From the NCBI GenBank assembly GCA_038227875.1, contig JBBRPR010000071.1, positions 1 to 40,295 on the forward strand: a stretch of DNA of 40,295 bases, read 5' to 3'. A model generated the notes under the pieces. That model did no database searches, was not told the DNA's origin, and saw only the letters and a program-made list of their open reading frames with translations. Numbering within the stretch: the first letter of the stretch is position 1; each line of letters starts with the position of its first letter. A program made the position numbers and the translations under genes. Of this stretch, positions 1 to 8,159 are shown one piece after another. The stretch comes from Planctomycetota bacterium (GTDB lineage Bacteria > Planctomycetota > SZUA-567 > H5-PLA8).

Positions 1-139
1 GCGGCGACGAGCCCTCTAAATCCGAAACTAAATAGTCGTCTCACCAGGCGGAATAGACATTCCAGCAGGAAGCAGTACGTTGGGCAGAGTGCTACGTTTT
101 TCGCCCGCCCTCCGCTCCAGTTTTCGACCGCCGTTTACA
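1..139 (+). mobile_element. Right end of an IS21-family-like insertion sequence (terminal IR with internal repeats)
   Basis: Ends in ...GTTTACA (TGT on the - strand). Two 19-nt imperfect direct repeats, gctacgtttttcgcccgcc (91-109) and gctccagttttcgaccgcc (114-132), precede it, as is typical of IS21 ends. A + frame GDEPSKSETK* ends at 35 and may be the IstB tail. Confidence 0.7.
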
Positions 140-431
140 GTTTGACGGCAATGAAATCGGCACGAAAGCCAAACAGGCCGCCGACGCGATCCGCAAGGAC
201 CCCAAGATCGTCAAAGAGTTGGAAGCCGAACAGATGTACAAGCAGATCCTGGCGATGGAAGACGGTTTCAAACCCGTCGCCGGCAAGAAGGATCCGAAGG
301 CCGCCGCCTTCAAGAAACTCAACGCCCAGAGCATCGCCACGGTCATCGGCGGCTGCCAGCAATTGATCCAACGCTACCCTGGCACGCAGGCCGCCCAAAA
401 AGCCGACGCGCTGATGACCGAATACAAGTGA
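140..431 (+). pseudogene. 3' remnant of a helical hypothetical protein gene interrupted by the IS
   Basis: Host-like codon usage begins exactly at the IS end (FDGNEIGTKAKQAADAIRKDPKIVKELEAEQMYK...YPGTQAAQKADALMTEYK*). No convincing start or RBS. Confidence 0.65.
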
Positions 432-521
432 GGCGATTTTGAATTTCCGCAGCGCGAGCGGAGCGGAAGTACATCACAAAAATTATGAGCTAAGTTTCTG
501 CTCGGTGTTAAACCTTGGCGT

Positions 522-1310
522 ATGTCGAAACCGACGTCTACCCCTCACAATTGGCTGCAGTTCAGCCTGGGCTCGACGGTCTTTATCGTTCTGCTGACCA
601 GCATCATTCTCTTTCTCAATCTTCGCCCCGCGCACATTAGCAGTATTAGAAATTGGGAAGGTACGACCACCGTAAAATATGTCGGCCCGGGATGGCCGTG
701 GTCCCTTTATGAGGGAAGCGTGGGGTTCCCTACAGATTCGGGATTCAAAGCGGTCACCATCTTTAATGACGGTGTGAGGAGGTCCGAACTGAGTTTGAGC
801 AGGAAAGATCGTGTGGCCGGATGGGCCGTGAACGTCATGATCTGGTTTAACATGGTTGGAATAATGTTGCTGGTGACCGAGCGGATTTTCAGGAAATCAC
901 GCACGCCCGGACTCTCCGCCGAATTGCCAGGTCAGCAAACTGAACAGCCAGCACGAAAACCCATCGGCAAAATAACGTGGGGAGTATATCTGATCGGCTT
1001 AACCGTGATAGTTTGGCTGAATGCTCGTCCTCAATCGTCATCGGAGATGAATGGAGTTTCGCAGGAGGTTCCTGTTGGCAATACCTTTGATTCGGCACTG
1101 GGGGAACGAATCGTCCGTGGTTTCGGATGGCCGTATACCGCTCTTGCTGACTGGGGCCCGGCAACGTCGCCGCGCTCTATTTTCATTTTCTGGAAGTACT
1201 TCGGTGTCGATATTTTAATGAGCGTAACGCCGGTGGTCTTAGTGTTTTTGATTGTTCACGGTTTGACCCGCCGTCGCTTGCGCACCGGTCATCTGCCACC
1301 ACTGCAGTAA
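522..1310 (+). CDS. Hypothetical membrane protein with two similar modules
   Basis: 262-aa ORF with about four hydrophobic segments and the repeated pattern TM-LN..P...GWP(W/Y)...TM. Confidence 0.75.
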   Translation: MSKPTSTPHNWLQFSLGSTVFIVLLTSIILFLNLRPAHISSIRNWEGTTTVKYVGPGWPWSLYEGSVGFPTDSGFKAVTIFNDGVRRSELSLSRKDRVAGWAVNVMIWFNMVGIMLLVTERIFRKSRTPGLSAELPGQQTEQPARKPIGKITWGVYLIGLTVIVWLNARPQSSSEMNGVSQEVPVGNTFDSALGERIVRGFGWPYTALADWGPATSPRSIFIFWKYFGVDILMSVTPVVLVFLIVHGLTRRRLRTGHLPPLQ

Positions 1311-1374
1311 CACGTGACTCGGAACATCGATGGCCGTGCCGATCCAGTCCGCAGCAATGGACTTGTATTTTGAA

Positions 1375-2601
1375 TCATTTTGTACACGGAGGTGGCGGCG
1401 TATCGTCCCAGATTCCCACCCATTCGTCCCAGTATTCTGCGTCGAAAAAAAGGAGCCACGTGCGCTTGGGAATCTTTTCAGCTTGCAGCACGGTCTTGAG
1501 TAGTCGAATGGCCTTGGGAAGATCCACAATGGCCAGCAGGATGTAAGAATAAACATGTCCAGTTCCACCGCCGATGACGCCGCCGGCTCGGTTGCGATTC
1601 AGTTCGTCATCGATTGCGTCTTCGATCGCACCGCGATCCTTAACGTCAGAGAACGCGCGACCGTCGATTTTCAGGTACGTGAACAGTTCCCCGCATTTCG
1701 AAAATCGTCCTGAAGCGAAGTCGGTGGAAAGAATGCACGCTTCGAAAATTTCGGAGTGAGGCGAGGTTCCCACATACAAATCCACCCACAGGGGGTAGTC
1801 GTCCATTGGCGGCAGCTTGCGATCGATTTTGAACAACTTGCCGACCACGACTTTTCCATCTGTATTGGGCGCTTGCGGCGGCGGATCCCATTCGAAAAGC
1901 GGTTTGGACGGAAGTTGATCGTGAACGGAAGCAATCAAAGCATCGACCGTTCGTTTTAGTTCCGAAATGGGCAGAAACGTTTTGCCATCTTTCTCGCGTT
2001 GAAAGAGACGAAAAAAGCGTTTAAACACGCCGAACTCTTCGATCGTGATGCCATTTCCAACCCAGCGATTCAATACTTCATCGCCGAGAAGACTGATCGC
2101 GGCGTAAACCGATGCGCCCTCCGACTGCCCCTGACTCAGCGTTGTGGCGAAGGTGAGCTCGATCTTCCGGTTCCGGGTGAGCCGTGCGCGGAACTTCAAA
2201 TCGCTCGCATCGGTGCCACCTTTGGCCTTGACGATCAGGAGTGCAGTGTCCAACTTCTCTGGAAGGCGGTACGGATAGAATTCCCATCCGGAAATTTCCG
2301 GCGCACGCTTCACCAGAGTGTCGATAAATGGCTGCGCGTGCCGCTTTCCCTCGCCGGAAAATACCAACCTGCGGCCTTTGATGCGGATCGCAGGTCCAAA
2401 TTCCCACTGAACCTTTTCCGGGAGTGCGTCGAGCAACTGCACCATCCAACCGTACAAATCCCATTGGGCGCGGTTTTGAATGTGAGCTTCGATGTCGGGG
2501 ATTTTCTGAGCGAACTCTTTCCAGAATTCATCGATGCAGCGTTCGAAATGCCGGCGGTCTTTCAACGCTTCCGGCAACGTTTCTTCGCAAAACCAGCGCA
2601 T
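1375..2601 (-). CDS. Hypothetical protein, possibly toxin-immunity-like (DUF695-like C-terminus uncertain)
   Basis: Long ORF (ATG at 2601, alternative start 2646). Motifs FW..F, WEFGP, LV..APE..GWEF and GGGTGxxYSYI recall uncharacterised immunity-type families. Confidence 0.7.
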   Translation of the reverse strand: MRWFCEETLPEALKDRRHFERCIDEFWKEFAQKIPDIEAHIQNRAQWDLYGWMVQLLDALPEKVQWEFGPAIRIKGRRLVFSGEGKRHAQPFIDTLVKRAPEISGWEFYPYRLPEKLDTALLIVKAKGGTDASDLKFRARLTRNRKIELTFATTLSQGQSEGASVYAAISLLGDEVLNRWVGNGITIEEFGVFKRFFRLFQREKDGKTFLPISELKRTVDALIASVHDQLPSKPLFEWDPPPQAPNTDGKVVVGKLFKIDRKLPPMDDYPLWVDLYVGTSPHSEIFEACILSTDFASGRFSKCGELFTYLKIDGRAFSDVKDRGAIEDAIDDELNRNRAGGVIGGGTGHVYSYILLAIVDLPKAIRLLKTVLQAEKIPKRTWLLFFDAEYWDEWVGIWDDTPPPPCTK

Positions 2602-2666
2602 GCAAAGTCCCCGGACTACGAGATTACACTTTGAGAGCCCACCCAAAATTTACCCTAAAAATATTC

Positions 2667-2695
2667 TTGACATAGCCTACTTTACGGTCTATAGT
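2667..2695 (+). promoter_or_regulatory. Sigma70-type promoter
   Basis: TTGACA (2667-2672), 17-nt spacer, TATAGT (2690-2695), with an AT-rich upstream tract. Confidence 0.7.
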
Positions 2696-2713
2696 TATTA
2701 ATTGAAGTCCGAA

Positions 2714-2725
2714 GATCTTTGACAA
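2714..2725 (+). promoter_or_regulatory. boxA-like antitermination motif
   Basis: GATCTTTGACAA resembles boxA (GCTCTTTAACAA) and lies about 12 nt after the predicted transcription start. Confidence 0.4.
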
Positions 2726-2834
2726 CTCCAGAGCTCCTCGAGCGTCGACCCCGCACCACCGGTCACCGCAGCGTCGTGCCTACTCACGTCACGGCGCCCA
2801 AAGCGACCAGCGCACATGGAAGGGAGGGGCGGGA

Positions 2835-2967
2835 TACAACATCGATGTTGTACGGAAAACAGTCCGCCCCCCGTTTCATGTAACATTTTGTAACATTCTG
2901 TCACATTTGCCTATGAAGATGGTGTTGTACTTCACACGGTGCAAACGACCCAGATGTTACATGCGGC
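2835..2967. repeat. 133-bp direct repeat, copy 1
   Basis: Aligns without gaps to 3538-3670 with 6 mismatches by eye. Confidence 0.95.
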
Positions 2968-3461
2968 GGAGGTCGGTAGTGAGAAATTCCAAGAGTTCGT
3001 TGAAGTGATCAAAAACCATTTCCGAATGTCCAAAAGTAGTGAACGATACGTGGTTCGCTGCTGAATTGAGTCCAGTGCAAATAGGTTTCATTACCGTCGT
3101 CCAAATCGACTCCCAGTAAAGACAGTTCATCCCAAGTGACGGCACCGACGATAGAGTCTTCCCAATACTCCTTTCGAATTTCAAGTTGGGTTAGGATTTC
3201 GACACTGCTCCAAACGTTCTCCATTTCCCACAAGGATAGCCACTTTTTTCCAGGCTCCGCACCGAACCAAGTGCCAGCAAATTCAAAACGACATTTAAGC
3301 ATCGGTGATGGAATTCTATAGATATCCTTTTTAAGAGTAGGAATGCGCCAATCTTGGCTGGGAAAAGTCGGTTTTGTATAGAGCTGTCCTGCGCGGTCGG
3401 TTTCTTCTTTAAGAATACTCAGCAGTGTTCTGGTTTTCGTCGCGATCTCATCGTCAGTCAT
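2957..3461 (-). pseudogene. Frameshifted small acidic/aromatic protein, SMI1/KNR4 (SUKH)-like immunity candidate
   Basis: Removing one base from the A4 run at 3032-3035 joins ORF 3009..3461 to the tail of ORF 2957..3184, giving ...EPRIVHYFGHSEMVFDHFNELLEFLTTDLRRM*. Confidence 0.6.
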
Positions 3462-3537
3462 AACTATCAATTTCCGAAAGTAGACATCCGGCCGTTGCGA
3501 AAGTTTTTGGCCCCCGACGCACCTCAGCCCGGAAGAG

Positions 3538-3670
3538 TACAACATCGATGTTTTACCGAAAACAGTCCGCCCCCCGTTTCATGTAACATTTTGTAACATT
3601 CTGCAACATTTACCTATGAAGATGGTGTTGTACTTCACACGGTGCAAACGACCCAGATGTTACACGCGGC
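3538..3670. repeat. 133-bp direct repeat, copy 2
   Basis: Same orientation as copy 1, offset 703 nt. Confidence 0.95.
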
Positions 3671-3679
3671 AGCGCGACT

Positions 3680-3709
3680 AGACCTTTGTGCCCAAAGGCA
3701 CAAAGGTCT
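3680..3709. terminator. Perfect 13-bp hairpin, possible terminator
   Basis: AGACCTTTGTGCC-caaa-GGCACAAAGGTCT. Lies downstream of the esterase stop (-) and just after repeat copy 2 (+). U-tract is weak. Confidence 0.5.
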
Positions 3710-3753
3710 GTTCGACCACTTAGGCTCAGACTAAGTCGTGCGCGCCCCCATCT

Positions 3754-3783
3754 CTGGCCCCTGGCCCCTGACCCCTGACCCCT
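3754..3783. repeat. Heptamer tandem repeat (CTGRCCC)x4
   Basis: ctggccc ctggccc ctgaccc ctgaccc. Confidence 0.9.
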
Positions 3784-3803
3784 CGGGCCGCAAGGCCCGC
3801 GCG

Positions 3804-5657
3804 CTAGCTCGAGAACTTCGGCAGCACCACTTCGCGCTTCTTAAGCTGCTCCTTCGTCACGTCGAGCCGTTCGAAACGCGCAAAGAAGCCCCACGCTTTG
3901 CCGCCGTTCAGGTCCATCGCGATGGCGATCTTGTGCGCGCCTTTGTTCAGGTCCAGCTTCACGGACTTCGCATCCATGATCGCCGGATTGATGCCGGCCA
4001 TGTCGGTGAAGACCGCCGCGTCGTCGACCCACACCCGCACCGGCGCGTCGTAACCGAAGCGCAGCATCAGCTTCATGTCCTGACTCAAGTCCAGCTTGCC
4101 GAAGAAGACGGCCTGTCCGGAGTTGTTCTGCCATTCGAGGTGATTGTCGACGAAGACGCCATCGTACTTTTTCTGGCGCAGACCGTACTCCGGCAGCGGC
4201 GATGGCGCGTCCCACGCGTCGATCGACTTGCTGGCCGGAAGAATCGTGCTGACCTGCCAGTTGTTCAAAAATCCCGTGGACGTGCCCGGCACGCTCAGCG
4301 TCTCCGGTCCAAGAATCGGAATCGGCATGTCGCGCTTGTCGGTGATGTTCAGGTACGGCGTGAAGCCCACGCCATACGCCAGGTTCGAATTGAACGTGTG
4401 GAAGAAATCGGCCTCCAGCCGGATCGTATCGCCCTGCAGTTCCGTCTTGTAGACCGTGTTCGTGTCGCGATGATCCTGGTCGACCAGCGTGAAGCCATTG
4501 GGATCGCCCTTGCTGATGAAACCGCCGACCACATTTTTGAACTTCAACACCATCACTCCGGAATTGCTGCGCGACGTCGTTCGTTTCATCGAGACGAATT
4601 CCGGCGCCGGACACTCCTTCTTGTTGCCGTAGACGTAGTAATCCGCCAAACGTGCCAGGCGGATGCCCAGCCGCTCGTACGGAATCGCGCCGATGTGAAT
4701 GGCGTCGTCGAGTCCCAAGTCGCCGGCCGACGCGCAGGCCACATTCTTCAGATGCTTGTAGAGATTGGCCTCCTGATCCTGAACGCTGTTCCACCAGCGC
4801 GCATCGGAATTGAAGGTGTAGAACTTGCCAATCTGGACGAGCAAAAACGGCAGCGCCGGCTGCTTCAGATCGGTGCGGATCGCCGTGATCAGTTCCTTCA
4901 TGCGCTGCGTGTAGAGCGGCGCGTCGTTGGCGTTCGCGTCGGATTCGCCCTGGTACCAGAGCACCCCGGCGACCGGCTGGCCGCAGGCGTCGAGCGACAG
5001 TTTCATCGAACCGTAAAGCGACTTGCCGCCCTCGTCCTTTTTGGCCGGCGACCACTGCTGCATGCTGGTGCCGCCGTGCGCGGTGCAGATGAATCCCTGC
5101 GGCACGCCGCCGCTGCGCTTGACCATCTCCTTGCCGAAGTAAACCGCCGGGCCCACGCCCTTCAGCGCCGCCTTGCGCACCTTCTTCAGCTCTGCCGGAG
5201 TCCGCTGCACGGTGTTGTGAACCGGATCGGGCGAGTCTTCCAAAAAGTGAATCGGCTCAACGGCGACATCCCAGTGGCGGTCCATGTAAAACGCATGAAC
5301 CTTCGGGTGCGGCGCCGGTGCGTCGCTCAGGTTTCCACAACCCTGCATGTTGCTCTGCCCGGCCAGCAGCCAGACGTCGCCGACGCTGACGTTCGCGACC
5401 GCAACCTTCTCCGAGCCGCAGGAGAGCGTCACCGTGTACGGTCCGCCGACCGGCACGCCGTCCAGCTTCGCCGTGAACGATCCGTCAGCGGCGCGGCCGA
5501 CTTTCTTCTCCGACCAGCCTTTCACGACTTTCTTGCCGGCGGCAATCGTGACGTTCACCGCGCCGCTGCTCTCGCAGGTCCCGGTTACCGTCGCTTTCGC
5601 GCCGCCCTTTAAACGTTGCAACACCTGACCCGTCAGTAAGCCATGGCTAACGATCAT
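3804..5657 (-). CDS. Sialate O-acetylesterase (SASA/SGNH) family carbohydrate esterase
   Basis: GDVWLLAGQSNMQG, VLWYQGESD and DAIH catalytic motifs, plus an extra C-terminal beta domain. Confidence 0.9.
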   Translation of the reverse strand: MIVSHGLLTGQVLQRLKGGAKATVTGTCESSGAVNVTIAAGKKVVKGWSEKKVGRAADGSFTAKLDGVPVGGPYTVTLSCGSEKVAVANVSVGDVWLLAGQSNMQGCGNLSDAPAPHPKVHAFYMDRHWDVAVEPIHFLEDSPDPVHNTVQRTPAELKKVRKAALKGVGPAVYFGKEMVKRSGGVPQGFICTAHGGTSMQQWSPAKKDEGGKSLYGSMKLSLDACGQPVAGVLWYQGESDANANDAPLYTQRMKELITAIRTDLKQPALPFLLVQIGKFYTFNSDARWWNSVQDQEANLYKHLKNVACASAGDLGLDDAIHIGAIPYERLGIRLARLADYYVYGNKKECPAPEFVSMKRTTSRSNSGVMVLKFKNVVGGFISKGDPNGFTLVDQDHRDTNTVYKTELQGDTIRLEADFFHTFNSNLAYGVGFTPYLNITDKRDMPIPILGPETLSVPGTSTGFLNNWQVSTILPASKSIDAWDAPSPLPEYGLRQKKYDGVFVDNHLEWQNNSGQAVFFGKLDLSQDMKLMLRFGYDAPVRVWVDDAAVFTDMAGINPAIMDAKSVKLDLNKGAHKIAIAMDLNGGKAWGFFARFERLDVTKEQLKKREVVLPKFSS

Positions 5658-5829
5658 TATTTTGGATCCTCAAAGTTTTGGGTGGATGCGCTTGGTTTAC
5701 GACCAATCCCCGCGTCGCGCAAATAGAGGAAACGGGATCACAGTCAGTGCCATTCAAAATAGTGGGAAAGGACCGCCGCCTGCCGTGTCTTGATGATGGA
5801 ACCAGAGCTTCCCTTATTGAGGAGATCGC

Positions 5830-8155
5830 GATGACATCCTGGCAAACACGATTATTGGTCCTCCTGCTCAGCGGCGCTGCGTTCGGAACCGCCCGGGGTC
5901 TGGCGGCTCAGGATGCTGCGGCGCCGGAGGCCGGTGAGATCACCATCCGGCATCTCGACAAGGGGGCAGCCAGTTCCAAGGCGAAGGATCCCATGCTCGG
6001 CGTCAGTGTGCAGAGCATCGATGTCGACGCGGACATTCAGGGTCTCAACGCGCGGACGACGACAACCTACGTCTTCAAAAACGATGCGGATAAGCCGGCG
6101 GAATGCACGTTCACCTTTCCGCTTCCCGAAAATGCCGCCGTCGATCGCTTTGCGATGACCATCAACGATAAGGAAATGCTGGAAGGAACCGCCGTCTATT
6201 CCGGCGACGCGGAGGCGATCTATCGCGATCTGCTCGACGGCAATGACGGCACGTGCACGGCGAAAGACAAAGTGAGCAAGGTGACAATCGTTGCTTCCCT
6301 GGGCGGTCGAGGGAGCGGCGGAGGCGGGTCACTGGCGCCACGACCTACGGTGCCACAGGGACTCCCGGCGCACACGGTTCCGACCTCTCATCAGCCGCTC
6401 ACCGCTCCGATTATGAGCGCTCCCGTATCGCATTCGGCGCCGCAGATCATCGACAAATTTGGGACTCATACCCGCGAGACAGGATCGTACTCCGTCGCCA
6501 ATTCTCAACCGGTGACCTACGGCATGACCTACCAGACTGGATTTGGTTCGTCCAATCCGGTCTCCGTCTCGACTCCCGGCTTCTTGATGAATTCAAACCT
6601 GCATGAAGCGCCAGCAACCCACATTTACATGCCCTACAAAGATCCCGGCGTGCTGGAACGTATCGGCACCGATCTTTACCGTGCGACCGTGTTTGCTGTT
6701 GAACCGCACAAATCGAAAACGATCGTCGTCTCCTGCGTTCATCCGTTGGCGGTGAGCCGCAATTCGCCGGACAGCACCGAGGCTGTCTACCGCATTCCGT
6801 TCATGGGACTGGGTGGCCTGGTTCCCGCGCCGCGCGTGACGCTCCACTCGGTGCTCCGCAATCCGGCCGCGGACGCCACGGTCAGAGCCTCGCTGGATTC
6901 CAACATCACGCGCAAGGGCGGGGACATGCTGATCGTGACCGAAGTTCAGAAACCCACCGATCGCATGGCGTGGACCATCGCCGTGGGCACTCCCGCCGCC
7001 GATGTACTCAACGCCAGCGGTTGCGCCGTGCAGGCGTTCCGGCCGGATAAGAATGAACCGGGATACTTTGCGCTGACGGTTTTGCCGAAAGACGGCGCGC
7101 AGCCGGACATTCGCCGCCCGATGGACACGGTCTTTGTCGTGGATTGCAGTGTGGCCGTCAGCGAAAGCGACCGTAAGTCGCGCCGGGAATTTCTCGACAC
7201 GTTGCTCACTGCTTTCAATCCCGACGACCGCTTCGCCGTGGTGGCGCTCGGTGCCCAGCCGCTAGATCTTCCCGGCGCGCTGCAAGCGGTTGACGGCACG
7301 TCCGTCGAGCGGACACAGTGCCTGATCGACGGTCTGGAATCCAATGAACGACCTGACGTTCGCGCCGGATTCGAACGCGTCCTGGAACTCTGCCAGCCGC
7401 AACTCGAGCGCCGCGTCAATGTCGTCTTCCTCGGAGCAGCGATTGCCGAGAACCATCCCGAATGGCGGGGACGGATCCGCGAGGTTCTTACGGCCCGCAA
7501 CGCCGGTATGTTCGCCGTGCGCCTGGGCTCTCATTTCTCCATCGATCCGCTCTTCAATGGCGCCCGCGACGCGAATACCCTGGCGGAACTCTCCGGAGCC
7601 CCCGTGACGGAATTGGCGCCGGGAGTCAGCGCGGCCGATACGGCCCGTCGGCTGCTGACCCGCTTGCACGGAATCGTGCTGCGTGATGCGGCCCTCGAGT
7701 TAACGACCGCCGACGGCAAAACCGTGACGCACGCCAATCCGATTCAGGGCGGCTTGATGCTCGGCGAGAGCAGCACGTTTTACGGCACGTACGCTGGAGC
7801 CGGTGCCGCGCGCGCCGTGTTCACCGGCACACTCAATGGCGCTCCCTATCGCAGGGAATGGAACATCACGCTGCCCGCTGAAGAAAAGACCAACCCCGCG
7901 CTGGCAAAATTGTGGACGCGAGCTCAGGGCGCGCTGGCCGCCGATGGAGACTCGCCCAACATCGATCTGTATCTCACTGCGATCAAGAACCAGGTCGTCA
8001 ATCGCAACGTCGCGTTCCTGGTGCTCGACGGCGAAGCTCGCTACAAAAAGTTGAACATCGCCCGCCCGGCCGATGGCTTCCACGTCGCACCGCTAAGCCC
8101 GGATGTTGCCGGTGCAGCGCGCCCGGAAGACGAAGTCATCGGCGAACGGAAATAA
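5830..8155 (+). CDS. Secreted VIT-domain and vWA-domain protein
   Basis: GGAG RBS before ATG 5830 and a signal peptide. VIT motifs FTFPLPENAAVDRFAM and DPGVLE, vWA-like VFVVDCS and DRFAVV, and LAKLW.R. Confidence 0.85.
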
Positions 8156-8159
8156 CGGA

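Noticed and set aside
2698..2904. 68-aa - strand ORF
   Set aside because: Starts inside the repeat, has no RBS and a non-protein-like composition. It overlaps the + strand promoter leader.
2835..3670. CRISPR array or composite transposon
   Set aside because: The repeats (133 bp) and the intervening segment (570 bp) are far too long for CRISPR and there are no cas genes. The repeats are direct and encode no transposase.
3738..5612. 624-aa + strand ORF
   Set aside because: Antisense shadow of the sialate O-acetylesterase. High-GC codon bias removes stops on the opposite strand, and the product has no motifs.
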